A program made the translations under genes and the position numbers. The notes under the pieces were generated by a model. That model was not told the origin of the DNA, made no database searches, and was given only the letters and a program-made list of their open reading frames with translations. From contig CP089276.1 in NCBI GenBank assembly GCA_023920165.1, positions 992,001 through 1,056,000 on the forward strand: 64,000 nt of DNA, in the 5' to 3' direction. Source of the stretch: Curvularia clavata (taxonomy: Eukaryota). The stretch's first letter is position 1. Each line of letters begins with the position of its first letter. Below are positions 38,176 through 50,728 of the stretch, piece by piece.

Positions 38176-38808
38176 ATGGCAAATGGCTTCGCAGCAGCAG
38201 ACAAGTCCAAACCATTCATCACAAACAACAGCCTTGCCAAAGACCGGGGCTACAAAGATGGACTCCCAACAGCAACCTGTCTCTGCGGCGGCGTGCAATT
38301 AGCCTTCGTAAGCCCACCCCACTCCCCTCTCCAACCACCCGCATACTACAACCCGCATCACTCTACTCGCTAACCCGCCCACTAGCCCGTCGAAGGGCCC
38401 GGTCTAATCAACACCTTCGTCTGCAACTGCGCCGACTGCCGCAAACTCACCGCATCCATGTTCGCATCCAACTTCGCCATCGACGACAAGTACCTAGTGC
38501 ACGTGCGCGGCCGCGACAATCTCAAGTCGTGGTATAATCCCGTCACGCCCGTGCGCCACGAGGGTTCCATGACAGACTACTTCTGTAGTACATGCGGGAC
38601 CCTAATGTACCGCATCAGCTCGGCGTTTCCCAATGTGCCTATTTTGCGGATTGGCTCGGTGGACGATTTGAGTTTGCATGAGACGAAGCTGAAGCCGCAG
38701 TGGGAGCAGTTTACAAAGGATCGTGTGAGTTGGTTTGGGGGAGTTAGTGGGGATGATGTTAGGAGGATTGAGGGCAATTCGAAGACGTATACGCTTTCTG
38801 GGGGATAA
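38176..38808 (+). CDS. GFA / Mss4-like (CENP-V) zinc-binding protein; 2 exons
   Basis: ATCLCGGVQ, intron ~38308-38384, then FVCNCADCRK and FCSTCGT. TATA box upstream. Confidence 0.9.
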
Positions 38809-41136
38809 GTGCGTATGGTTGTTTTGTAATATTGGCGGGGTGTGGAAGAAGTGGTGGTGGTAGCTATCGACAGTAAGTAAAGTACTGGAAGATGCTGCTT
38901 AGAGGCAATTTTGATTAATTTAGTTTCATATATAAATTAGCCTTTAAGGTCCTTCAATACCATTTCCCTCAGTTTGAGCTTCTTCTTCTGCTTCTGTCTC
39001 TTAGGCATTTCTTGTCTCCCTAGCCACACTTCATGCTCTGATCCCTCAGTACGTGATAGTATGAAAAGAGACTCGTTCATAGGCGGGGCACGCACAAAGG
39101 AGCTGATCAATTCTGATACCATAGTAGTTTTCTCACTTTTATACTATATATTTTATAGCCTACAGTCTCTTAACGTTGCCTTTTTCAAGATCATAAAAAG
39201 CACTAAGGTGTTACTGAAGGGGCTGCTCGTGAGGGCTGTACAGGTTTCAGCGAGCTCGAGTTTTGACACGCAATGAACGGCGTCGGAAGGTGTATATTTA
39301 AATCTTTTAGTGTTCAAAAATCCGTTAAATTGGCAGGAGTCTGGTTGCACAAATCTAAGAAAGTATTTGTAAGCACAAAATTCGCTGCCACCCAGCTCAC
39401 TGTCTTCGCAGAACGTGCTATCGTCCACTCTATACTCACTTCCACAATGACTGTGCCATCTACGATCGGGAAGCCGAGTATTGAATCTATATTTGCAAGC
39501 GCAATCGAAGACCGCATTTCATCAGAAAAAGCCAGGAAGAGCCTGAAATTGACAAAGAGGAGTGGTTTGAGCGAATACCAGATTCAACTCTGGTACGCCC
39601 GGTTAACTGCATCTCGCTGGTTCACACTACAAGTCGATAATGCGGAATCGACCACATCAATGGGCGGAGAGATGGAGAGGTTCTTCTCAATAATCAGCAA
39701 CCACCTAAAACCAACAATTCGCAATGCTCTCCCCTACCTATTACAAGGCTGTGTCTTCTGCCATTGAGATTTTCGGGTGACCGCCCACGAAAGCTCCAGA
39801 ATCGAGTCTCTGATTCAAACGCCTATCCAGCATGGTTCAATAACTCACTCACTCAAATGGGAGAAGCACTGGATTGGAAGCGTTATTGTTAAGAGATTAG
39901 TTGAGTCTGCCTACGGAGATACGCTGCAGAATGGAGCTGTGTCATAGCTTCTTTGCAGCACCAAGTGCGAGTATCCACGAGGGGAACATGTTGTGGAATA
40001 CAGCGCTGCAGTTCTTTGTGGAGGTGGTGCGGGACCTGGATGAATCCTTGGGTTTACGCAACGACGAATAGAGATAGTGAAAGGTTCCAGGGACATATGA
40101 GTGGATGGCGCTTTAATGGACTACGATGCTTTTGTATCGACTAAATGAGCCTTGATGTATATGCCGAAAGTAAGCAACATTGATTGGTTCATCAGAGTCC
40201 GTGCCTAGTTTCCATATATCTCCTTAGTGTCCGTCGTCCGCAATTCCCTTGATTTAGCTTCAACCTTTTTCTTCTCTTCTCTACTCCGTACACCTGCGTC
40301 GTATGCGACGCAGAGCTGATTCCTCCTACACTACATATGAGAATGAGCTCTCTAACAACGAGGTACAAGTAGACGCAAAGGCCGTTGCTGCACGGAGTAC
40401 CCTACGATGCTCATCGTGCGTGCACGGACGTCTGTGCTTCGCAGTTCGAGTCCGTGTTCACGTATTTCCAGACGGCAGAGATCAAGCAGTCTCGAACTAT
40501 GTTGTATCTTCAGCGAATAGTTTCTCATTATATGACCCTTAGAAGTCCGACACCAGATATTGCGGTATTTACACGGAGTAGTCCAGATTCATGCGATGCG
40601 TTGAGAGCGTGACTGTGACCACACATGGGGTTCGTCCGTGCCGAAACAATGCTCGGGTTGTGGGCCTTGCTTATACGGCTGCCTTTTCTACTTTCAGCGC
40701 GGCAACGTCCCTTGTCGGCCCTATGGGTTGCATGGTGTGAAATGCTGCCGCTACGAAAAGAAGCCGAGATCAGCCGTCTTCATGGTTCAAAGCATTTACA
40801 TCGCAACGTCGTGTTGGGTCTTTGAAATAAGCAAGAGTCAATCGAGGGCAACATGACTTGTCATGTACGGGCCGTTTTCACTAATATGAGCTTGAAGCCT
40901 GATCCTCGCTTCGCGATATACACGGCGCAATGCGTCTTTGCTAATGACCGAGCTGCAAGGGTGATTCTAAATCACCAGTCCGCAACATTCCGTTCAGCTT
41001 TAGTGCTTCACTAAAAAGGAAGCTAGCAGGGCCGCCATGCTTGTAGCTTTTGCACCTTGGGATAGTCTTGCATAATATAATAGACGATTTCGCCTCTTCC
41101 TCTTGGGTTATTTTCCTAGCTTCCTTGGCCTCTTCA

Positions 41137-42700
41137 ATGATGTCTTCTCGCCGGTCATGCCTGGCAGCTCTAGTGCTGCAGGCACTACTCCCCTTTTCCT
41201 CAGGAGCATTCTTCGAAAACAATGTTGATGCCCTCCGTGAACTCGAAATTCCTGTTGCGAGATCCTTGCATGCACTGAAACCGTTTGGCAAACGCCGATC
41301 AGACAAACTCATCAGTAAAGCAGCAACATCGCTTAAGAATAGTAAAAGGGAGCGCTGACAATGACCAAATAGCGGCTCGATCTGACAACAGAGGTACAAG
41401 TCCCACTCGAACAATACTTGATGGAACGGACTATGCTATTGACATTACTCTCGGCGGAAAGACCTACGCTGTTCTTTTTGATACAGCAAGTAGTGCCTTC
41501 TGGATGCCTGGAGCTAATTTCACATGTGTGGATACCAACAACACGGCGCAGTAAGTATGAGAGCCCAGATTTGCTGTAAGTTTTAGTTTGACTTATCTCT
41601 CTGCAGACCTGATTCAGCGTGTGGCTTCGCATCGAATGGCCCTGAGGAGTTCACTGGCGGAAGAATAGCGGATCAAAACTTTCAGGTCACTTACATCAGC
41701 GGAGAGTTCGCAACAGGCGCTGCTGGTCGCGAAGATGTGACTTTTGCAGGAGTTACAGTCAAGAATCAGCATATAGGTCTAGCAGATAGAGCGTATTTCG
41801 ACAGTCAGAACGGTTTTACGAGTGGGATCATGGGTAAGTTTAATCTTCATTAGTTTGCAAATCGCCGAAGCGCCCAGTATCCGAATGCATATGAATCTGA
41901 CAATTCCAGGTTGGGGACTTGGTAATTATACCACATTCTATCCCGGAGACGACCCGAAGCTCAACAATAAAACCGATCCAAATCACACCTGGATTCCTAC
42001 CAATACCTGGATACTCAACGCAGTCGAACAGGGCTTACTCGAAAAGCCCATGTTCTCTATAAATATTGGTAACAGAACGGAAAATGCTGCAAATCTGAGC
42101 GCATCCGGATTCGTGGCTGTAGGAGGTGCGCCACTTGAGGGACTTCCCTTTACTGGAGTCTGGGCTCACTCGTCAATCACTCCTGAGACGTACGCGCCTT
42201 GGGGCTTGAAGAATAAGTATACTCACTGGAATGTAAGGCCAGATGGGTTCCTGGTCGACCAGACTTTCGTTCCATGGAACCCCGGCAACTTCGCCGACGG
42301 CGGCAATGAGATCTTCACTGTCCTCGACACGGGTTCTACTTGGAGCTACATCACCAATGAGACTATACAAGTCATTGCCAAAGCAATGCAACCTCCAGCC
42401 ACTTGGTCCATACCTGACACTGCATATGTCGCCATGTGCAATGCCACGGTTCCTAAAGTGAGCATCCGTATCAATGGCACGGATCTGCCTATCGCCAAGA
42501 GGGAATTGCTCCTCGATGGTTGGCTTGGCCAGGCCAACAATTCAACGACACTATGTTGGCTGGGCTGGCAGCCTGCCTACCAGCCTCCACGCGGTGGTGC
42601 TGCTCCATATATTCTGGGAGATACCTTCTTCAGAAATGTGCTGACTGTGCATGACGTGGGAAATCTGGAGATGTCGTTCGCTTCGCTGAAATGGAATTGA
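41137..42700 (+). pseudogene. Secreted pepsin-like (A1) aspartic protease with one frameshift in the pro-region
   Basis: The signal-peptide ORF stops at 41358 and the next frame gives VLFDTASSAFW. Two introns follow, then VLDTGSTWSY and YILGDTFFRNVLTVHD. Confidence 0.75.
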
Positions 42701-44138
42701 GGGGTTCAGTGGAGAAACCTATGCCTGATAAAAGGATATATGATTTTGCTTTAGGAATGATGACTAGAAAGAGGCCTATACTCGTGTAAATTGAACCAAC
42801 AATGCACCCGAGTGACATCATTTGCTGTTACTCAATCGATGAATAATACCTGAGCTAAATTTGCGATGATGTCCATGCCATAATTATTCTATATATGCGC
42901 TAGTACAGTATCAGCCCTGCGTCATAGCGCCGACATAATACTGTTATTTTACTGTCGCACAAGCAACCACTCTCTACTCTCCATAAAACAGACAGCATCA
43001 TATCCAACTACAAAGACCTAGGTAAGCCATCTGAAAATCCGTGGGGTCATTCCGGCGCGACTGATATTGTAAGTGTAGCTTTCTTTCATCACTTTAGGAG
43101 TAATCAATCAACAAAGAGCAGTCAAGAGCGACAAAGGACGATTACGAGATCGGATCAAAAACAAAAAGGAATTTGCGCACCTGCTGAGCGTTTAAGCAAG
43201 CCGTCGGGCAGAGTGTGCAAATGATCTTGGCACAGGAAGATCAGGCACCAAACAGTGCTGTCACAGAGAGGAACGAAATTATCTTATACTCTTATGGCCT
43301 AGATGGCCGTAGCACTCTTACTAATACATCCCTGTATAACAACAGTGAGTTCTAATCACTATGCCATCCATCAATCCGCGTCTCACGATTTTGAGTAGTT
43401 GAGAGCGGCTGCTGGGTTGCTACTACTAGAGAGGTTGCATAACGCCTAAGCTGCGCCCTGATAGCTAGCGTGCGGAGGGATAGAAGAGGCGAGTACCTGC
43501 ACAAGAAGCTGCTTTATCCATGATAGTAGCAGTCTCACTGTTGTTTGTGCAACTGACCCAGACGCCGAGACCATTGTATCCGCCACAAATTATCAAGAAT
43601 AGACGCATATAGATCCATATGATATGATACATGGCATTGTTTTCGGATTACTGACTTTATATGCAAGATTTTCGGGCGCCACAACTGGTTGCTAGCTGTG
43701 ACACGTAACCGGGTTCAATATATTCTACTTCACAATCAATTTTAGTCGCCTTTTGGCACTCATCCTAGTTTTGCTTTGCTTGAAGCTTGTAGTATGAAAC
43801 CTTGCATATAAATGATAACAGATTTTTAACAGTGGCATTTAGTCTTCTCTACTTATATGTTTGATCTGCTGATACCTTTTGATTGAATGACAAATGTGTG
43901 CATGACCGGTCGTTCAAGTGCGCGCACATTCTTCGTTTTTTTTGACGAAAATACATAAGCTGGGTCGAGCATATTTGGAATCTTCTCGGAAATGCATTGG
44001 TCAATCTGCCAGTAGTCGCAGCAGTTGATTTCTGTCGAAGCTGTTTAAATTCGCCAGCGACGGAATCCGGGCTCTGAGGAGCACTAGCCGTCTAGGCGTC
44101 ACCAAGCCAGCGACCAGCGTTGCACTTGAACCTTTTGT

Positions 44139-44948
44139 TCAAGCATAGGCTGCCAAGAGGGTCAACTCCAGGAAGATTTTCCGAAATCGACGGTGAATGA
44201 TCTCCAAGGTCAAAGATATCGAGACATGAATGAGCCAGGGGGTAATAGCATGGTTATACTCTGCAGCTTTGGGCTTGTTCCAGTCGCGCATTGTTCTACT
44301 ACGATGTCGTAGTGTGTTCGTACGACTTTGTGGAAGCAAACTAAAGGAAGAAAGCACAATACGCAAACGACATTCGTAAATGAGCCGACATGGACGTCAA
44401 TCCAACAGCGCTGGTACCAGAAGATCGCCGCTCGCCATACCATAGAGAGAGAGTGTTCTATGCTAGGACGCTGCCTGGACTCTTTCTCATGGCCGCTCTT
44501 GATGCTCTAGTATCATTCAAATCGATTAATATAATCGACTTCAACACACAGCGCATCAATGAGATCATCATGCTAGCAGCCCAACGGTCGCTGCGACACC
44601 GGCTATCAACACGTTGTTGACTACATTCCAACGAAACAAAAAATTGCCTTCTTAACTTCATCCATCAAGTACTCTCAGTTTTCTCGGTTATGCCGAAGCT
44701 GGCTGTACATACAGCACTTACAGGCGAACATCCAGAAACAGTCTCTCAAGACCTTTTTCGCTCTCATCCATGATCTACGTTATATCGCTGATAATGGCTC
44801 CCTCGAAGTTACCGTCAAGCTTGAGATCAACGACGGCGAAAGCCAGGGGTGCGACCAGTGGTTCTAAGAGCGTAGCGGTGCATTGAAATGGGAACTTATA
44901 GAGGTTGGAAGTGAAAGTGAAAGCGAGGAAGATAGTGAAAGTGAGTGA
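44139..44948 (+). pseudogene. Possible decayed hypothetical gene
   Basis: Fragmented coding-like stretches ending in the acidic tail ...EVGSESESEEDSESE*, with internal stops. No family recognised. Confidence 0.25.
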
Positions 44949-45556
44949 GCGATGAAGGCGAGTTGTTTGTAGAGTTTGGAGGTCACATTGGAGGCGGGGA
45001 AGATGAAAAACGAAAATGAGAGGGTGAGGATGAATTATGAATATTAGTCTAAGAGACGATCAGGCATGGGGAGTCAGAAAAAGTCTTTTTTTTTGTTAAT
45101 CCATACTGGATATCAATGAGATCTTTTTCGTATCAGTCACTTGTCATTTGGGATCATTACATGTCACACGGCTACCTGCGGCATAATATATGGGTAGACT
45201 AAAGAAGACTTTTCAGAGTCCTCCTAACAGCTGAACCAATCCGATAACTGCGCATTAGTGGCCTAATCGGACTCTATACACCAAATAACGCTTCCACCAA
45301 CACTATTCAACCATCGCAGCCATGGCGTGATCGATTCGCTATGCGCGATGATGTATACCTTTACAATAGCAAGGTTATTATCAGCGATTAGCCACAGGTC
45401 ATGGACAAGACCATAGATATGTTTGACCATAGAAAGTCCCCAATTCTGGTAGTCGTAGTTGGACGTGAATCGTACTCGTGAGTGATAGATGTATGGCAGC
45501 GTAATGCGTGAACCGACGTATATACGGCAGTACGGTAAGCGGATCGTCGGGTTCTC

Positions 45557-46402
45557 CTATACTATAGGGTCTTCCGCATTACGGCTAATGAAGTCGATAA
45601 TGGGATTGGGCACCTCCTCGCCCTCCTCAGCCGCTTGGTCAGGGGCTGTGGCCTGAATATATGAAGTGTTACCCTCAGCCGCTTGGTTAGGGGCTTTGGC
45701 TTGAGTATCTCGAGTGTCGCCCTCAGAAGTAGCCGCCGGGGCACCCAACTTCTTGGTACAGTATGCCGCACGATGTCTGACGTTCTGTGCCTCTCTCTTC
45801 TCGGCTTGTTCGGAGTCCAGCTGACCCAGTTTATCGGCGCGAGCAATCTGGGCTTCCAGTCGATTGAGCCAGCCAGCTAGACCACCATTGCTAATATTGC
45901 TTAGCACCCAACCCCAGAAAAGGAAGGCCCATGCCCATTTGATATCGTCCGCCAGATTCATGCTCGTGGGGAACACTGCCATTCGTTCAAGAACGGCTAC
46001 ACATCTATATGCATAATGGATGGTACAATCAGTCAAAGTGAAAGACTCTCGCTCTTTTCGGCTAGGAGATCGGTAGCGATGTATGTCTGTCATGTACTTT
46101 TGCTGTAGCGTAGTTCGAGACGCGTCACGCTGTCCCTGTACTCGTTGATCTTCGCCTTTCATGCGTTCCTCGTATTCGGCAATGATGTCATGTAGGAGAT
46201 CAATGCGCACGATCTCTCGAGCAATAGCAACCGCAGTTGTGTTGAACAAGTCCAACAATTTGTTTTTGTCAATGTAGGCTTTCGACGGTAGAGTAGGGTT
46301 TCCAATAGAATCAACAGGTCGATTATGCAAGTCCACTGGCGTTTCGTTTTGGAGGGCATTGTCTAAATCTACCATGCCACCAAAAAATTCGTTGTCAGAC
46401 AT
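45557..46402 (-). CDS. Hypothetical 281-aa intronless protein with C-terminal 16-aa repeats
   Basis: Long ATG-initiated ORF with a TATA-like CCTATATAAG about 170 nt upstream. Repeats EGDTRDTQAKAPNQAA and EGNTSYIQATAPDQAA. Confidence 0.6.
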   Translation of the reverse strand: MSDNEFFGGMVDLDNALQNETPVDLHNRPVDSIGNPTLPSKAYIDKNKLLDLFNTTAVAIAREIVRIDLLHDIIAEYEERMKGEDQRVQGQRDASRTTLQQKYMTDIHRYRSPSRKERESFTLTDCTIHYAYRCVAVLERMAVFPTSMNLADDIKWAWAFLFWGWVLSNISNGGLAGWLNRLEAQIARADKLGQLDSEQAEKREAQNVRHRAAYCTKKLGAPAATSEGDTRDTQAKAPNQAAEGNTSYIQATAPDQAAEEGEEVPNPIIDFISRNAEDPIV

Positions 46403-47959
46403 TGTGGGGTGGTGGGAAGTCTTCGCCTGAAAGTTGGTATGGTCCCGATGACCGAATATATAAAAGTAATCTGATATATAAGAAGTATTTTAGACAGTGT
46501 TGGAGCTGGTGGAAGATTGAGTGGAGGAATGGAGGGTAGGAGGAGTGGTGGACAGTGGGCGTGGTCGGGCTTATATAGGTAGAAGGAGCTCCTGCCAAGC
46601 CACCTTCACCTAAGCAATTTTTGCCCAGCTGCCTTTACCTCAGCAATATTTGCCACCTCCCTTCACCTCAAACGGCCCTTACGGGGCGGTGAGGTTAGAT
46701 AATCACGTTCTAGAGCCTTCCTCCGGTAGCGCACGTGCGATTCGGGGAGCCATTTTGCGACAAACGAACTCCAGGGTACTACCAGAGTGGCCAAAAATGT
46801 ACTCAAATCAAACGAAGCAATCAAGTGAGGCCAGAACATAACATCATGAGCATAAATGTGTATTACCACGACTGAGACGCTGGGAATTTTGTGATGGCAA
46901 TGAGAATACAGCCTCCCTCAGTCTATTGTGGCTTTATATAACCTCCTGATTTACATGAATCTTTTTCCGTATTTCTCCAATCCGTGATGTAAATTTATGA
47001 CTATGGCTTGGAGCAGAAATGAGGTCTTGCACCAGATAGAAAACCCATGAGGCTATCTGCGAAGCCTTGCTAGTAATTGTTATGTGAGCAGTACTCAACC
47101 CCACGCTTCCACTTACCACTAAACCACCCTTCTTGTGTCGACGCTTCTCACACAGAGGGTTGAAGTCACAGTCTGGGTACTTCCAACACCGATGCCATGA
47201 TGGGGACTGCCTTCAACCGTGCAATAAATGCTAGACTTCAAAGAGATTGCAGAGTAGTTGCCTCTAGAATCCCTGATCGGTAGCTTGATAGTGATCAATA
47301 CTATTTTTGGATAGTTACTACTCTCAACGCTAGTGACCGCATGCCGAGTCTAGAGTGTATAAGTAGTGCCACTTTCGTAACCTAGAGATATCTGTAATGT
47401 CTTTGCTCGGATTTCTGAGGCTGAAATGGTAGTGAATATGATTTAATGCACTCATAATCTCTCAGTCCTTAGGAGAGTTGAGTCAAATGCACAACAACGG
47501 CAGAAAGATATTCAGTGAGACACTTAGACCTTTTAGTACTTTCTGCGCGTGATTTAGTATCTGAAGCTGTTCCATATGTCTTCCTTTCGATCAAGTATTT
47601 AACTTTTCAGTTGTCGGTTGCCTCCCATTCAGCGACTAGCACAATCATTGTGCAAAGATCTCAGTAGACTCTTCACTTTCGGCCCTAGGTTTTGCGCGTT
47701 TCGAGACTTTAACCTACGTAAACAGCCGTACTGAAATTCTTTTTGCATTTTCGGTTGGCGCTAATCAAAGAAATGGGGCAGCGTGAGGATGAGAATGCTT
47801 TTGGTTGAAGGCTCAAGCCGACTAATCCTATGAATGAGCAGCCCACAAGTGTAACCTCTAGTAGTTGTATGAACATCGCTATTTTGTGCACACCTTTTCA
47901 AATTTTTACCGCATCAGCCTCTTTCTCTACACCTCGGCAATTGCTAAGCCCACACAATA

Positions 47960-49801
47960 ACGTGCGCCACCAGTGAGCTGGCCACACCAGTGAGCTGGCC
48001 GCCCCACCAAACCTGACCTGCCGCGACACACAATAGATCCACAACAACGTGATAAAATTAGATAGAATATAGAAGTAACATTCACTATCTAGTTTTATAG
48101 GTAGTCCGAGTGTATCCTTAAACGTGGCACTTCGTGCACGTTGGCGGCGCGCGTTGACGTCGCTAACTGCCCTCACTCTGCCCAACCTCCGCGACCACCC
48201 TTTCTACCTCTGCAGCGAGCTGCTAAGCCTGCTGCACCCAAAGAACTCCACTAGAAGCAATATATTAACGCCGCTGATCTTGCTTCTATCTTAGCCGCTT
48301 ACTACCTTAACATAGCTTCTTATTTTCTTTAGCAAGTATTATTACTAATTGTATTGTAATCTAACAGCCTTTAATAACTTAACGGAGAAGTTAGCTTGTT
48401 AGGCTCTGAGATTCCCGATAAAGCTTGTCTTAAAGATATTTTGCTTGCTGCTAAAGCTGAGCTACTATATAGGGCGTCTCTACTTACTAGATACTATTAG
48501 TGGTCCCGCTATCTATAATTGTCTATAGTAGAGATAGCGTCTAGATAATAGTTAGTGACGAGAGAACACAATCTAGATAAAAAGGAATAAGACCTGTCGT
48601 CTAGAAGCCTGTCTGAATATTCTACTACGTAAATATTATTAGTCGGATCTGCGTATAGGCTGTAAGGAAGTCTATCTTATCAATATAGTAGACGCCTTAA
48701 TAGGCGAGCTTATCAACCTCACGTCTATACGCGCGCTTAAGAGGAGAGTAGCAGCCTACGTCTAGAGGCTAGAGAAGATGGGAGGTATGGGGTGGCATAT
48801 AGAGGGTAATAATCTTGTTCTCGGCGTAGTATTGGTCGAACTCTGGCATAGCATGGCTACTATGGCCGTCTACGATAAGAAGCTGATAGTCTCTAGCTGT
48901 ACGAGTAGCTATATGTTGGTTGAAGTGCTTTACCCACTCTATACTAAGCTCATCTGTCGTCCAGCCGTTGTCTGAGACGCCGATAGTCCAGTTAAGTAAG
49001 AGATCGCGATACTAGATGTTCTGATGGACTTTACTAGACAGGATCACTAAGGGTAGTAGAGACCAACTAGACGCGTTAACGCACTCGATTGCTATAACCT
49101 ACTCGCGATTGCCTGGCTCTACAACGGCTAGCCGTCTAACTCTTTTAGAGCTTATGACTACCTTTGACGATATAGCGACGCCTATCGCGAATCTAGTCTC
49201 GTCAAAGTTATAGATATCTTGATTAAGGACGCTGTACGTCTAGCGTATCTCCTCTACTAGCTTAAACTACACTATAATTACTCTAGGATCCTCACAGTAG
49301 GCGCGCTAGCTATTAAGTTTTCTACTCTACTTTATCTAAAGCTCAGGCTGGCTCTAGATAAAGCGCGATACCTAGTTTTTACCAACTGGCTGTAGAGGTG
49401 GATCTTGGCCACGCGCGGCAAGTAGAACGTCTGCCATTCGTTGCACGTCGATGATATGAGGCGGAAAGTCTTGTTTATCTAGCTTTAGAATCTACTGTAC
49501 GAGAGACTGCTCTTCAATAGGCGATAGCTTTCGTTTGGCAGAGGCTGTCTCTAATCGCGGCTGGACACCACAGAGGCGTGTCTAAAGAGTTAATTTTAGC
49601 ACATCGTACGCTTTTGCGAGAGCGTGGATAGATTGATTTGGATTATTATAATAAGAAGCTGTAGTAAGACTAGTTCTGTCTTTACGAGAAGTTGATTGAG
49701 CGCGTGGTTGTCGCGGCATTGTGGTGGTTGTGGAGAGAGTTGGGTCAGGTTTGGTGGGGCGGCCAGCTCACTGGTGTGGCCAGCTCACTGGTGGCGCACG
49801 T
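47960..49801 (-). mobile_element. Fot1/pogo (Tc1-mariner superfamily) DNA transposon, RIP-inactivated
   Basis: 59-bp perfect TIRs (ACGTGCGCCACCAGTGAGCTGGCC...) and TA on both flanks. Minus-strand transposase relic from ATG 49719: HTH ALAKAYDV, YNFDETRF, LLIVDGHSSH, PPHTSHLL*PLDVGCYSPLK and a C-terminal CTKC knuckle. Many TAG/TAA stops. Confidence 0.95.
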
Positions 49802-50728
49802 TAATAGGTAGGTAAATCTGAGTTACAGCTTGGTTGGGTCTTTGCTTCTGACATCATTGCCAATGCTAACCCGAATAGGAATAAGAAAAGCCTATCTCAG
49901 CCCCTATCGAGATCTGTAACCTTAATATATAAAGTTCTCTAGTAGCGCTAGCATCCTGATTAGTAACTAGCTAACTCAAGCTCGCAGCCCAATCTTAGGT
50001 TGGTTAGTGTTCACTACCCAATCTTGAGGCCAGCTTGTTAAGCGCTACTGCTACTAAAAGTCTTGATGCAGCGAGACTGTTAGGGCATTTAAGAGTACCA
50101 AGATGAGCTACTACCGATTTTGGTCGGCGTAGTATTGGCGGAAATACCAGAACTTTAACAACAAGGGTCGGGCATCTGCCGGCCTAGCGCGCGCTTCACG
50201 TCGTGACGGGATTGTTACGGACTGAGTCCGCTTTGCTCCCTCATGGTTCAAGAGGGAATGAGTCGCGACTCCGGCTGTATATCATGCTAGATTTGATATT
50301 GAGGAATACCCTGTATGCTGTTGACGGTAACGAGTTCGTGGATTTACAATGTCGCGTACAAAAGTCCCAATTGCATCATCTGCTCGAAGTTTTGGAATAG
50401 ACTTTCCCTAATTTTGGTGAGGTTTAGGGCTAACGTAATGCTCAAACCGAACAATCCAATCGGTAGTATGGGAATCTCAAACATAGCCTCAGCCACCAAA
50501 TCACTGGTTTTACCTCATACAGCCAATCCGCAGACTCCTGTACCTCTCCGTTGCTCTTTAGCATCTTCACTGGACCTTTCTCTGAGCTCTGACGATTTTG
50601 AGGCTTTGTTCATTATTTATATGGGAATCTTGGGAACGAATCTCAAACAAACCAAGCCCCCTAATATGATGACCTTGCCCTCTATAACCAAGGTTGAGGG
50701 CGCCACCTTCCAGAATTAAGGTCGCAAT

